This document shows positions 52,684-61,660 of a stretch of 64,000 nt of DNA, one piece after another (positions within the stretch are counted from its first letter, which is position 1; every line of letters starts with the position of its first letter). A program made the translations under genes and the position numbers. Below the pieces are notes generated by a model that worked only from the letters and a program-made list of their open reading frames with translations, was not told the origin of the DNA and did not search any database. Source of the stretch: Candidatus Omnitrophota bacterium (GTDB taxonomy: Bacteria > Omnitrophota > Omnitrophia > Omnitrophales > Aquincolibacteriaceae); NCBI GenBank assembly GCA_903856085.1, contig CAIOAT010000003.1, positions 173 to 64,172 of the forward strand, given 5' to 3'.

Positions 52684-54602
52684 AAAAAATTCTCCTCGGT
52701 ATCGTCGGTCTCATGATCGTGAGCGGCCCCTTATTTGCGGAAGGCGGGGTGAGCCAGAAAGAGTTGAAGGAATTGATGGGTGACAGCTACATGATCGAGC
52801 AGGATTATGATAGCTCCGTCAAACAGTACAGGGAAGTTCTCGCCAAGGATCCGCAGAATGTAAAGGCCAGGGTGTCGCTCGCGGACGTGTTGAGTTGGCA
52901 GCAAAAATACGAGGAGGCTGTCACGGAATATCTGCAAGCTCTGAAATACCAGGAGACTTCGGAAGAGGCCCTTGAAGTCAAAAAGAAACTGGCGGGTGTT
53001 TATGTCTGGAAGAAAGACTATCTTAAAGCCGAAGCCCTGTATCAGGAACTGATAGCGCAGAATCCGGGCAATTCAAAAGACGCGGTTGCGCTTGCGGAAG
53101 TCTTTTTGCGTCTTGGAAAACCGGAAGCATCCAAGCAATTGTTGCAAGGCGTTTTGGAGAAAGATCCTCAAAATAGGGATGCCAAAATTCTTCTGGGGGA
53201 TGTCTACGCAGAGAACGAAGATTTTAAGAAAGCCCTGGAGCTTTTCCGGGAAGTTCTTGATGCAAAATACGATCGCAAGGTCAAAGCGAAAGTTGGGGAT
53301 GTGCTGAGTTGGACCCGGCACTACCGCGAAGCGCTGAAGATCTACGATGAACTTTTGGTCGAGAAGGATGACAAGGCGTTAAGGATTCAAAAGGCCCGGA
53401 TCCTCGGTTGGGAAAAGGAGTATGGCCGTTCGAGGAAAGAATACCAGGAGATTCTGAGGAGGGGGCCTGATGAGCTTGTGAAAGAGGAAATGGACGCCAA
53501 GGAATTCTACTGGAGAAACAGGGTCAAACGCGCGATCACGGCGTATAAGAAACTGATCAGCAAGGCTCCGGAAAATGCGGAAGCGATGTTTGACCTTAGC
53601 CAGATCTATTCTTACCAGGCCATGTGGCATGAGGCGATCGATCAATACAAGAAACTTCTCGGTGTTTTTGAGGAGCATTCCAGGGCCAAAGAAGGATTGC
53701 AGAAGGCGGAGTTGTTTTTGAGTCACCCCATGCTTACCTCCGGGTATGAATTCTTTAAGGCCCACAGCGGCGCTCGTGGGGTCGATATCCATAAAAATGT
53801 TTTTACAAGCTTGCTCGACATCCCGCTTAATGCGCAGACAGTTTTGGGATTGGGATACAACCTCACCCGGCGGTCCTTTTTGGATTTTCATGATCTGACC
53901 GAGAACCATGCTCGCGTGGCGCTCAGTTATCAGAAAAGTCCCGACTGGTCGACGGGCGCTTTTTTAAATCTGATCACTTACAATCGGAGTGTGGCCCCCG
54001 TCTACGAGTTCGGTGGACAGTTTGCGGTCAGGACCTTTGATGTCGGACAGCTGACGCTTTCGCAGGAACAGCAGCGGCTTGAGAACAACAGCACCGTGAT
54101 CCGTCGCAGGCTCTTTCAGGATAATTTTAAGGTTCGGCAGGACATTGACCTCACAAAACGGTGGAAGGCGGGTACCGATTACACTTTCTCTTATTTCTCT
54201 GACCACAATCGATGCAGCGAAGTGGCGGCGGATACTCTGTATTACTTCTCCCTCGAACCGAGAGCGTTTTATGTGAAATACCGTTATGCCTTCCGCAATT
54301 TCCGGAAGATCGAAACGGACTACTTTTCGCCGCAGGAATATTCCCTCCACACGCTCTCACTGCGGTGGAAACATTTCCTCAATAAAGAGGAGATCTTTTT
54401 TGGCGCGAACGATCTTTATTATGAAGCCGGCTATGACATTTCGTTCGATTCCCAGGGCATTACCAGCCATCAGATCATGGGCGGGCTTACTTGGGATATC
54501 ACCAAGCGTCTTCAGATCAAAGGCGAAGGGCAGTATACGATCGCATCGACAAAGATCTACGAGGACGCAGGGGCCAAGGCCTCTGTAAAATACTTCTTCT
54601 AA
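52680..54602 (+). CDS. TPR + outer-membrane beta-barrel export protein (PgaA/BcsC-like)
   Basis: Signal peptide; TPRs (LADVLSWQQKYEEA); amphipathic strands, YFSP motif, terminal ...ASVKYFF beta-signal. Confidence 0.8.
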   Translation: MKKILLGIVGLMIVSGPLFAEGGVSQKELKELMGDSYMIEQDYDSSVKQYREVLAKDPQNVKARVSLADVLSWQQKYEEAVTEYLQALKYQETSEEALEVKKKLAGVYVWKKDYLKAEALYQELIAQNPGNSKDAVALAEVFLRLGKPEASKQLLQGVLEKDPQNRDAKILLGDVYAENEDFKKALELFREVLDAKYDRKVKAKVGDVLSWTRHYREALKIYDELLVEKDDKALRIQKARILGWEKEYGRSRKEYQEILRRGPDELVKEEMDAKEFYWRNRVKRAITAYKKLISKAPENAEAMFDLSQIYSYQAMWHEAIDQYKKLLGVFEEHSRAKEGLQKAELFLSHPMLTSGYEFFKAHSGARGVDIHKNVFTSLLDIPLNAQTVLGLGYNLTRRSFLDFHDLTENHARVALSYQKSPDWSTGAFLNLITYNRSVAPVYEFGGQFAVRTFDVGQLTLSQEQQRLENNSTVIRRRLFQDNFKVRQDIDLTKRWKAGTDYTFSYFSDHNRCSEVAADTLYYFSLEPRAFYVKYRYAFRNFRKIETDYFSPQEYSLHTLSLRWKHFLNKEEIFFGANDLYYEAGYDISFDSQGITSHQIMGGLTWDITKRLQIKGEGQYTIASTKIYEDAGAKASVKYFF

Positions 54603-56147
54603 ATGAAAAACAAACAAGAACCGCAATCCAGTATTGTGCTTGAGACGCTCGGGGTTCTCGCGATCCTGGCGGCGATGACGTATTTAATTGTTCGCGGAGT
54701 TCTGCTTGAGCGCGCTAAATACTCCGTAGTGGACGGTATTTTTGCGATCCTTATCCTTTTGGCAGAAGCTTTTATCCTCTTCCATGGCATCGGTTATGCG
54801 GTCGCGATCCTCTGGAGTAAGAAGAAAGCTCGTAGCCTATCGGTTATCTCCCAGGGCATCCCTCCGCTCGCGGAACAGAATCAGCCCTCTGTTGCGATCC
54901 TCATTCCCGCCCGCCACGAACCCAAAGAGGTTCTTGAAAAGACCTTTATCACGGTCGACAACATCGAGTATAAGAACAAGCGGGTTTATTTCCTGGATGA
55001 CAGTATCAAAGAGGAATATCACAAAGAAGCCGAAGAGCTTGCGCGGGAGTATCACCTGACGCTTTTTCGTCGCACCAAGCCATGGCATGGCGCGAAGGCC
55101 GGGATCATTAATGATTTCCTGGAACAAATGACGGAAAAGTACGTGGTGATCTTTGATGCGGACAGTAACCCGATGCCTGATTTCCTCGGGCCACTTGTTC
55201 CGATCATGGAAGCGAACGTGAAACTGGGGTTTGTCCAAACGCCGCAATTTTATACGAATATTGAAGACAGCCGGATCGCGCGGGCGGCGGTACTTCAGCA
55301 GGCAGTTTTTTACGAGTACATCTGCGACGGGAAGGGGATCGTGGATTCGATGTTTTGTTGCGGGACCAACGTGATCTTGCGGGCCAGCGCCCTCAAGGCT
55401 ATCGGAGGGATGGATGAAAGGACGGTGACGGAGGATTTCGCGACCTCTCTCAAGCTTCACACACACGGTTTTTCTTCGCTTTATTACAATCACGTTTGTG
55501 TTTTTGGAATGGGTCCTGAGGATCTGATCGGTTATTTTACGCAGCAGTTCCGTTGGACCGCGGGGACCCTCCAGGTCTTGAGAAGTCTTGTCGCCCAGTT
55601 CTTCACAAAACCTTTTTCGCTCAGCCCAGGGCAATGGTTCCAGTATTTTCTCTCCGGCACTTACTATCTGGTGGGATTTGCGTACTTCATATTGATCCTG
55701 GGGCCTCTTCTTTACATTTTCTTCAGGGTGCCGTCTTTTTTTATCCGACCCGAAGTCTATTTTCTTTTCTTCCTCCCTTACATGTTGTTGTCGACGAGCG
55801 TTTTTTATTTTTCATTACAAAAAAGAAATTATAAACCTCGCGATCTTATGCTCGGGCAGCTTCTGGGGGCATCGAGTTGTTTCGTTTACATGAAAGCCGC
55901 GTTGGCGGCCCTTTTGGGCTTCAAGATTTCATTCGGGGTGACTTCGAAGGCCAAGGGAGGATCGGTATCTCTTCGCGTGATTTGGCCGCAGCTCGCAGTG
56001 ATGGCGGCAACTTTTATCGCGCTGGTGTGGGCCGTGAATCGCTTTGTTTATGAACATGAACCGGCGTTGCTCATCAATGGTTTTTGGACCTTTTACCAGT
56101 TTCTTATCTTTTCCAGCATTTTTTATTTTAACCAAGGATCAAAGTGA
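54603..56147 (+). CDS. Processive GT2 polysaccharide synthase (BcsA-like, no PilZ domain)
   Basis: LDD, GAKAG, FDAD, QTPQ, FCCGT, TED, QQFRW (QxxRW), FGVTSK gating loop; multiple TM helices. Confidence 0.9.
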   Translation: MKNKQEPQSSIVLETLGVLAILAAMTYLIVRGVLLERAKYSVVDGIFAILILLAEAFILFHGIGYAVAILWSKKKARSLSVISQGIPPLAEQNQPSVAILIPARHEPKEVLEKTFITVDNIEYKNKRVYFLDDSIKEEYHKEAEELAREYHLTLFRRTKPWHGAKAGIINDFLEQMTEKYVVIFDADSNPMPDFLGPLVPIMEANVKLGFVQTPQFYTNIEDSRIARAAVLQQAVFYEYICDGKGIVDSMFCCGTNVILRASALKAIGGMDERTVTEDFATSLKLHTHGFSSLYYNHVCVFGMGPEDLIGYFTQQFRWTAGTLQVLRSLVAQFFTKPFSLSPGQWFQYFLSGTYYLVGFAYFILILGPLLYIFFRVPSFFIRPEVYFLFFLPYMLLSTSVFYFSLQKRNYKPRDLMLGQLLGASSCFVYMKAALAALLGFKISFGVTSKAKGGSVSLRVIWPQLAVMAATFIALVWAVNRFVYEHEPALLINGFWTFYQFLIFSSIFYFNQGSK

Positions 56148-57079
56148 AAAGAGCAGCCCCTATTATTTTAGCGTTGGGAGCGTGCGTGCTGTTCGGCTCT
56201 TGTGACGGGCAAAAGGAAAAAGGGTGCTTGACCGGGGCCTTTCTGGCGGATATGCCCAAGGCTGCTTTGATCGAAAAGTTCGCGGTCGATTATGGCAAAC
56301 GGCCGGCTTTCGTACTGATTTTTTTAGATTGGGGAAAGTTTCCAGACGAAACCGTGGTCCGCGATGTCTATGCCAGTGGAAGCATTTTGATGGTGACCTG
56401 GGAACCCTGGCGTGCAGTCCAGAAGGTCGCAATTGATTATGGCGCTCTGCTCAGCGGCAGGGATGACGCGTATATCCGTGACTTTGCGCTGAGGCTGAAA
56501 GCGGTCGGGAAGCCTGTTTTTTTAAGGTTCGCGCATGAGATGAACGGGGACTGGTATCCCTGGTCCGGCCGGAAGCTCGGAAAAGAAACTTATATTGGGA
56601 TGTTCCGGCATATCCGTAAAGTGTTTGACGAAGCCGGTGCCCGCAATGTTCGCTGGGTATTTTCGATCAATGCGGAGAATGTTCCGCCGGAAAATACCTA
56701 TGCCGATTGTTATCCGGGCGACCGTTATGTGGATTATATCGGGCTGGATGGATATAATTGGGGTGCTACCCAGGCATGGAGCCGATGGAGGAGTTTTGAG
56801 GATGTCTTTTCCGGCGTTTATGAAGAGACCGTCCGGCGTTACAAAAAGCCGGTAATTCTTTCGGAATTCAGTTCGTCCTCGGTCGGGGGAGATAAGGTTC
56901 GCTGGATCGATGAGGCGCTTCAAGAAATAAGAAAAATGCCCGCGGTGAAAGGTTTTATTCTTTTTAACATCGACAAAGAGACGGATTGGCGGTTTCCGCC
57001 GGATGCGGCAAGCGGCCAAGAATTAAAGACAGGCCTCAGGAATGCTTATTTTAAGGAAGCCCGAGAAGAGGAGCTTTAA
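56144..57079 (+). CDS. Glycoside hydrolase family 26 lipoprotein
   Basis: Lipobox-like LFGSC; VTWEP, LRFAHEMNGDWYPW, YPGDRYVDYIGLDGY, ILSEF. Confidence 0.88.
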   Translation: MKRAAPIILALGACVLFGSCDGQKEKGCLTGAFLADMPKAALIEKFAVDYGKRPAFVLIFLDWGKFPDETVVRDVYASGSILMVTWEPWRAVQKVAIDYGALLSGRDDAYIRDFALRLKAVGKPVFLRFAHEMNGDWYPWSGRKLGKETYIGMFRHIRKVFDEAGARNVRWVFSINAENVPPENTYADCYPGDRYVDYIGLDGYNWGATQAWSRWRSFEDVFSGVYEETVRRYKKPVILSEFSSSSVGGDKVRWIDEALQEIRKMPAVKGFILFNIDKETDWRFPPDAASGQELKTGLRNAYFKEAREEEL

Positions 57080-57315
57080 TGACCAAAGACGAACTTATCG
57101 CCCGATTAAACCAACTTCATAACGAAGAAGAACTGGCGATCCCGATCTACACCAAGCATCTGGAGAGCACTTTTTTTCTTTCCCGCATCAAGCCCGAGGC
57201 CAAGAAAGAGATCCAAGAGATGCTTTTGACTTTGGCTATGGAATCGGAAGTGCACGCCCGGATGTTTGATGCCACCATTAAGAAAGTGCAGGAGTCAAAG
57301 CGCGATGTTTACTAA
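57079..57315 (+). CDS. Small two-helix 'half ferritin-like' protein
   Basis: KDELIARLNQLHNEEELAIPIY...MESEVH; GAGGAG RBS; TAATG overlap with the GH26 gene. Confidence 0.75.
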   Translation: MTKDELIARLNQLHNEEELAIPIYTKHLESTFFLSRIKPEAKKEIQEMLLTLAMESEVHARMFDATIKKVQESKRDVY

Positions 57316-57784
57316 AGAAGACTACGATAAATATTTTGAGCAGATCGCGCGTGTGGAGAGAAAAATGATCTACGGGGTTTATGACCTTGGCCGCGAAATC
57401 GATGATCCTTTGATTACGAATGTTTTAAAAAAGATCGGGGATGATGAGGTGCGGCACTATGGTTATGTCCTGAAGATGCTTAAGGCGACCGAAGCGGCAG
57501 GGCAGCTCGAGAATCGCCGTGAGGTCCGGGAGCATTATCTTGGCACAGTTCGTTTGTGGCGTTCTCAGGATCCGTCGCGAGCCGAGATCAGTGCTCGTTG
57601 TGTAAATCTATCAAAGATCGGGATTTGCCTGGAATGCGCAGAGAATCTTTCGTCCTCTGGAGTTTGGGATATCGAGATCCGCTTATTTGATAAAGAAAAA
57701 GTGATCGTTTGTCAGGGGCGGGTCGTTTGGAGCAAAGAGGTGGAGCCGGATTTCCATATCAGCGGAATTGAATTCAATGCGTGA
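57305..57784 (+). CDS. Half-ferritin + PilZ domain protein
   Basis: VERKM...DDEVRH; PilZ motifs RREVR (RxxxR) and NLSKIG ([D/N]xSxxG), GRVVW, GIEF; AGGAG RBS before ATG 57305. Confidence 0.8.
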   Translation: MFTKEDYDKYFEQIARVERKMIYGVYDLGREIDDPLITNVLKKIGDDEVRHYGYVLKMLKATEAAGQLENRREVREHYLGTVRLWRSQDPSRAEISARCVNLSKIGICLECAENLSSSGVWDIEIRLFDKEKVIVCQGRVVWSKEVEPDFHISGIEFNA

Positions 57785-57862
57785 AGTTTTTTTCGAGCAC
57801 GGATCCCCCCTGATCATTAACATGAATCAGGCCTCCCGGGAGTATTTCCCTCTATTTTAATC

Positions 57863-58315
57863 ATGAGAAAAAATAAGAGCATTCGATTCATGCAGGAAGC
57901 AATCCATGAGGCCCGGAAGGGGCTAAGGGAAGGGGGTATCCCCATCGGATCGGTGCTCGTTAAAGACGGAAAGATCATTGGCCGTGGGCATAACCGCAGG
58001 ATCCAAAAAGGCTCAGCCATTCTTCATGCGGAAATGGATTGCCTGGAAAATGCCGGTCGCCTCAAGGCCAAGGATTATCAGAAGTGCGTGATCTATTCGA
58101 CGCTTTCGCCGTGCGACATGTGCACCGGGGCCATTCTCCTTTATAAGATTCCCGTTGTAGTCATTGGGGAGAACAAGACCTTCAAAGGCCCCGAGGTTCA
58201 TTCCAAGAAGCGCGGCGTGAAATTGATCAATCTAAACCTTCTTGAATGCAAAAAAATGATGAAGGATTTCATCGCGGCCAAGCCCAAACTCTGGAATGAA
58301 GATATCGGAGAATAA
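57863..58315 (+). CDS. Nucleoside/cytosine deaminase (yeast-type CDA fold)
   Basis: GGIPIGSVL, HAEMDCLENAGR, STLSPCDMC. Confidence 0.88.
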   Translation: MRKNKSIRFMQEAIHEARKGLREGGIPIGSVLVKDGKIIGRGHNRRIQKGSAILHAEMDCLENAGRLKAKDYQKCVIYSTLSPCDMCTGAILLYKIPVVVIGENKTFKGPEVHSKKRGVKLINLNLLECKKMMKDFIAAKPKLWNEDIGE

Positions 58316-58321
58316 CGTTCT

Positions 58322-58684
58322 ATGTTTATCCGTCAACTCAAAGATTGTCCGGAATTCGTTGCGGGGGATGCCTGCCATCTCCGCGAACTTCTGAACGCCA
58401 AGACCGATAAGCGTGCTTACCGCTATAGTTTGGCTCACGCCATTGTGAGGCCTGGCATCAAGACAAAACCTCATTCTTTGAAGACGTCGGAAGTTTATTA
58501 CATCCTCGAAGGGCAAGGGCGCATGCATGTGGATCATGAGACCGCAGAAGTGGGTCTCGGGGCTGTGATCGATATTCCTCCGCACTCAGCTCAATGGATT
58601 GAAAATATTGGTAAAGTTGATCTTGCTTTTCTCTGCATCGTTGATCCCGCTTGGTGTGCGGCGGATGAGAAAGTTTTAAAATGA
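58322..58684 (+). CDS. Cupin domain protein
   Basis: PHSLKTSEVYYILEG, IDIPP..AQWIEN. Confidence 0.85.
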   Translation: MFIRQLKDCPEFVAGDACHLRELLNAKTDKRAYRYSLAHAIVRPGIKTKPHSLKTSEVYYILEGQGRMHVDHETAEVGLGAVIDIPPHSAQWIENIGKVDLAFLCIVDPAWCAADEKVLK

Positions 58685-58754
58685 AATCCATTTTTTAAAA
58701 GTTCTTTAATACGGGCCGATTCACATATACTTCATCCTCAGGAGAGGACATTTT

Positions 58755-59582
58755 ATGTACCCCATTCTTGAAAAGAAAAATCTGAACAACAATGTGGAAG
58801 AAATGGTGATCCTTGCGCCCTATGTCGCGAGGCATTGCGAGCCGGGCCAGTTCATCATCCTTCGTGTGGATGCGGAAGGGGAGCGCGTTCCCCTTACTAT
58901 TGCGGAATATGACCGTCAGAGGGGCTCGGTTTCTATCATCTATCAGGTGGCTGGCTACACGACCCGGAAACTTAGTGAGAAAAAAGTGGGGGAAGGGATC
59001 GAGGATTTTGTGGGCCCTCTGGGTCAGCCCACGGAACTTCATCCCCTCAAGCGCGTGATCGGGATCGGCGGTGGAGTCGGAGCGGCGCCGCTTTACCCCC
59101 AACTCAAGCGGCTAAGTGAGATGGGGACTTCGGTGGACGTTATCCTCGGAGCGCGCAGCAAAGATTTTATTATCCTCGAAGAAAAGTTCTCTAAGTTCTG
59201 CAAGAATGTTTATGTGACGACCGATGACGGAAGTTATGGGGTCAAGGGCCTTGTCACCGAGAAGCTCAAGGCGCTTGTTGAAGCGGGTGAAAAATATGAT
59301 GAGGTCATTGCGATCGGGCCTGTGATCATGATGAAATTCGTGAGCCTTCTGACCAAGCCGTGGGGTCTGAAGACCAATGTCTCTTTAAATCCCATCATGG
59401 TGGACGGGACTGGCATGTGCGGGGGGTGCCGCGTGACGGTTGGGGGGCAAACAAAATTCGCCTGTGTCGACGGGCCGGATTTTGACGGTCATCAGGTGGA
59501 TTATGATGAATTGATGCGGCGACAGAGCATGTATAAAACGGAAGAAGCCCATTCCTGCAAGATCGGCTTGAAGGCAGCTTAA
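58755..59582 (+). CDS. nfnA: NfnA/SudB-like small subunit (FAD, 2Fe-2S)
   Basis: PGQFIILR, ERVPLTI, GPLG, MVDGTGMCGGCRV, CVDGP. Confidence 0.85.
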   Translation: MYPILEKKNLNNNVEEMVILAPYVARHCEPGQFIILRVDAEGERVPLTIAEYDRQRGSVSIIYQVAGYTTRKLSEKKVGEGIEDFVGPLGQPTELHPLKRVIGIGGGVGAAPLYPQLKRLSEMGTSVDVILGARSKDFIILEEKFSKFCKNVYVTTDDGSYGVKGLVTEKLKALVEAGEKYDEVIAIGPVIMMKFVSLLTKPWGLKTNVSLNPIMVDGTGMCGGCRVTVGGQTKFACVDGPDFDGHQVDYDELMRRQSMYKTEEAHSCKIGLKAA

Positions 59583-59583
59583 G

Positions 59584-60981
59584 ATGGCGCCTAACATGAG
59601 CCTCAAGAAAGTTCCCATCCCAGAGCAGGCACCTCAGGAGCGGATCAAGAATTTTAGGGAGGTCGCTTTGGGTTATACGCCGGAGCAGGCCAAAGAAGAA
59701 GCTCTCCGGTGTCTGCAGTGCAAGCCCCGTCCTTGTGTGGCGGGTTGTCCGGTCAATGTTAAGATTCCTGAATTTATTAAAAAAGTGGCTGAAGGGGATT
59801 TTGATGAGGCTTTCCGCATCCTCGTGAGCGAGAATTGTCTTCCCGCGGTTTGCGGCCGTGTATGCCCGCAGGAAACCCAATGCGAGATCCTCTGTGTTCG
59901 TGGTAAAAAAGGAGAGCCCGTGGCGATCGGCCGTCTGGAACGTTTTGTGGCGGATCACGCGATGGAGCATATGACGCAGGAGATTCCCGAGATCAAAAAG
60001 AACGGCATCAAAGTCGCGATCGCTGGAGGAGGGCCGGCCGGACTTACTTGTGCCGGAGAGCTCGCACGCATGGGGTACGATGTGACAATCTTTGAGGCGC
60101 TTCACGCTTTAGGCGGTGTCTTGATGTACGGGATCCCGGAATTTCGGTTGCCGAAAAGGCTTGTTGCCAAAGAGATCGCGAATGCTCTTAATCTGGGTGT
60201 CAGGATCGAGAAAAATGTGATCATCGGAAAATCGATCAAGGTGGATGAACTTTTCACGGAAGGTTTTCGAGCTGTTTTTATCGGATGCGGTGCCGGTCTC
60301 CCTTCGTTCATGAAAATCGAAGGGGAGAATCTAAACGGTGTTTATTCCGCCAATGAATTTCTGACACGCGCCAATCTGATGAAAGCCTATGATTTCCCGA
60401 ATGTTCCGACACCGGTTAAGATCGGAAAACGAGTTGCGGTGGTCGGCGGCGGGAATGTAGCCATGGACGCGGCTCGAACCGCCAAGCGTCTTGGGGCGGA
60501 AGAAGTTTATATTGTTTACCGCCGGAGTGAAACCGAACTTCCGGCTCGCGCGGAGGAGGTTCATCATGCGAAAGAGGAGGGGATCATTTTTCGGCTTCTT
60601 CGAAATCCCGTGAAGATCCTAGGGAAAGAGGGTTGGGTCACAGGAATGGAGTGCGTGGAAATGGAGCTGGGAGAACCCGATGAGTCCGGTCGCCGGCGTC
60701 CTGTTGTGAAGAAAGGAAGCAATTTTGATTTTCCGGTCGAGACGGTCATCATTGCGATTGGCGGAACTCCCAACCCTTTAATCCGACAGACCACGCCGGG
60801 GCTCGAAGTGCAGAAATGGGGCGGTATTATCGTCGACGAAGCAACCATGAAAACTTCCAAGGACGGTGTTTATGCCGGCGGCGATATCGTAACCGGAGCC
60901 GCGACTGTGATCCTCGCCATGGGGGCTGGAAAAAAAGCCGCCCAAGCGATCCACGGAGCTCTACAGAAAAAAACGCAGTAA
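59584..60981 (+). CDS. nfnB: NfnB/SudA-like large subunit (GltD family)
   Basis: RCLQC...CPV, CGRVCPQETQCE, GGGPAG, GGGNVAMD, AGGDIVTG.ATVILAMG. Confidence 0.85.
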   Translation: MAPNMSLKKVPIPEQAPQERIKNFREVALGYTPEQAKEEALRCLQCKPRPCVAGCPVNVKIPEFIKKVAEGDFDEAFRILVSENCLPAVCGRVCPQETQCEILCVRGKKGEPVAIGRLERFVADHAMEHMTQEIPEIKKNGIKVAIAGGGPAGLTCAGELARMGYDVTIFEALHALGGVLMYGIPEFRLPKRLVAKEIANALNLGVRIEKNVIIGKSIKVDELFTEGFRAVFIGCGAGLPSFMKIEGENLNGVYSANEFLTRANLMKAYDFPNVPTPVKIGKRVAVVGGGNVAMDAARTAKRLGAEEVYIVYRRSETELPARAEEVHHAKEEGIIFRLLRNPVKILGKEGWVTGMECVEMELGEPDESGRRRPVVKKGSNFDFPVETVIIAIGGTPNPLIRQTTPGLEVQKWGGIIVDEATMKTSKDGVYAGGDIVTGAATVILAMGAGKKAAQAIHGALQKKTQ

Positions 60982-61020
60982 AACCTGCCAGCTGTATTCG
61001 TGCAGATTTTCGAGAGGTAT

Positions 61021-61076
61021 TTGACATTTGGATGAAAAGTAATAGGATATCTTCTCAATTGTTCTAAATTTCACAA
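61021..61076 (+). promoter_or_regulatory. Promoter and candidate Rex operator upstream of the NuoE-like gene
   Basis: TTGACA at 61021; TTGTTCTAAATTTCACAA (61059-61076) resembles TTGTGAA-N4-TTCACAA. Confidence 0.45.
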
Positions 61077-61090
61077 TTTAGAGAGGCCGG

Positions 61091-61660
61091 ATGGACGCTT
61101 CGTCGCAGAAAACCAAAAGCCTGGGAGCGGCACAAGGGACTTGCTGCTCCTGCCAGCCTTCCGAAGAAGAAATGCTCCGCAGTCTCGATGTAGTCATTGA
61201 CGGGTTCGCCAAGACCGAAGGCGCGCTGATTCCGATCCTCCAAACCGCTCAAAATCTTTTTGGTTATCTCCCCAAGAGCGTTCTCAAACACATCAGCCTC
61301 CAGCTCAAGATTCCCTACAGTGAAGTGACCGGCGTGGTTACTTTTTATTCATTTTTTTCAACTGTTCCCCGCGGCAAACATGTCGTGCGCGTTTGTCTTG
61401 GAACAGCCTGCTACGTTCGGGGGGGTGGGCAGGTACTGGACGCTTTGAGAAAGCGGCTGGCAATCAATGTGAACCAGACGACAGATGATCGTATGTTCAC
61501 TTTGGAAGTGGCGCGCTGTTTTGGCGCGTGCGGGCTGGCACCGACAATGTCTATCGACGATGTTGTCTTCAAGAGAGTTCGTCCGGGCAAGATCGCGGAA
61601 ATTATTGATGGGTTTTATTCTAAAGGCGAGAACGTGAAAGAGGGCGTGCGCCATGCCTGA
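61091..61660 (+). CDS. NuoE/HydC-like 2Fe-2S subunit
   Basis: LIPILQ.AQ, VVTFYSFF, VCLGTACYVRG, CFGACGLAP. Confidence 0.9.
   Translation: MDASSQKTKSLGAAQGTCCSCQPSEEEMLRSLDVVIDGFAKTEGALIPILQTAQNLFGYLPKSVLKHISLQLKIPYSEVTGVVTFYSFFSTVPRGKHVVRVCLGTACYVRGGGQVLDALRKRLAINVNQTTDDRMFTLEVARCFGACGLAPTMSIDDVVFKRVRPGKIAEIIDGFYSKGENVKEGVRHA

Noticed and set aside
49226-57800. EPS locus as a tRNA-integrated genomic island
   Set aside because: It lies on the 5' side of tRNA-Gln, with no integrase and no duplicated tRNA 3' end.
59584-60981. Glutamate synthase small subunit (gltD)
   Set aside because: No gltB is adjacent and the upstream partner is NfnA-like, so NfnB is the better call.
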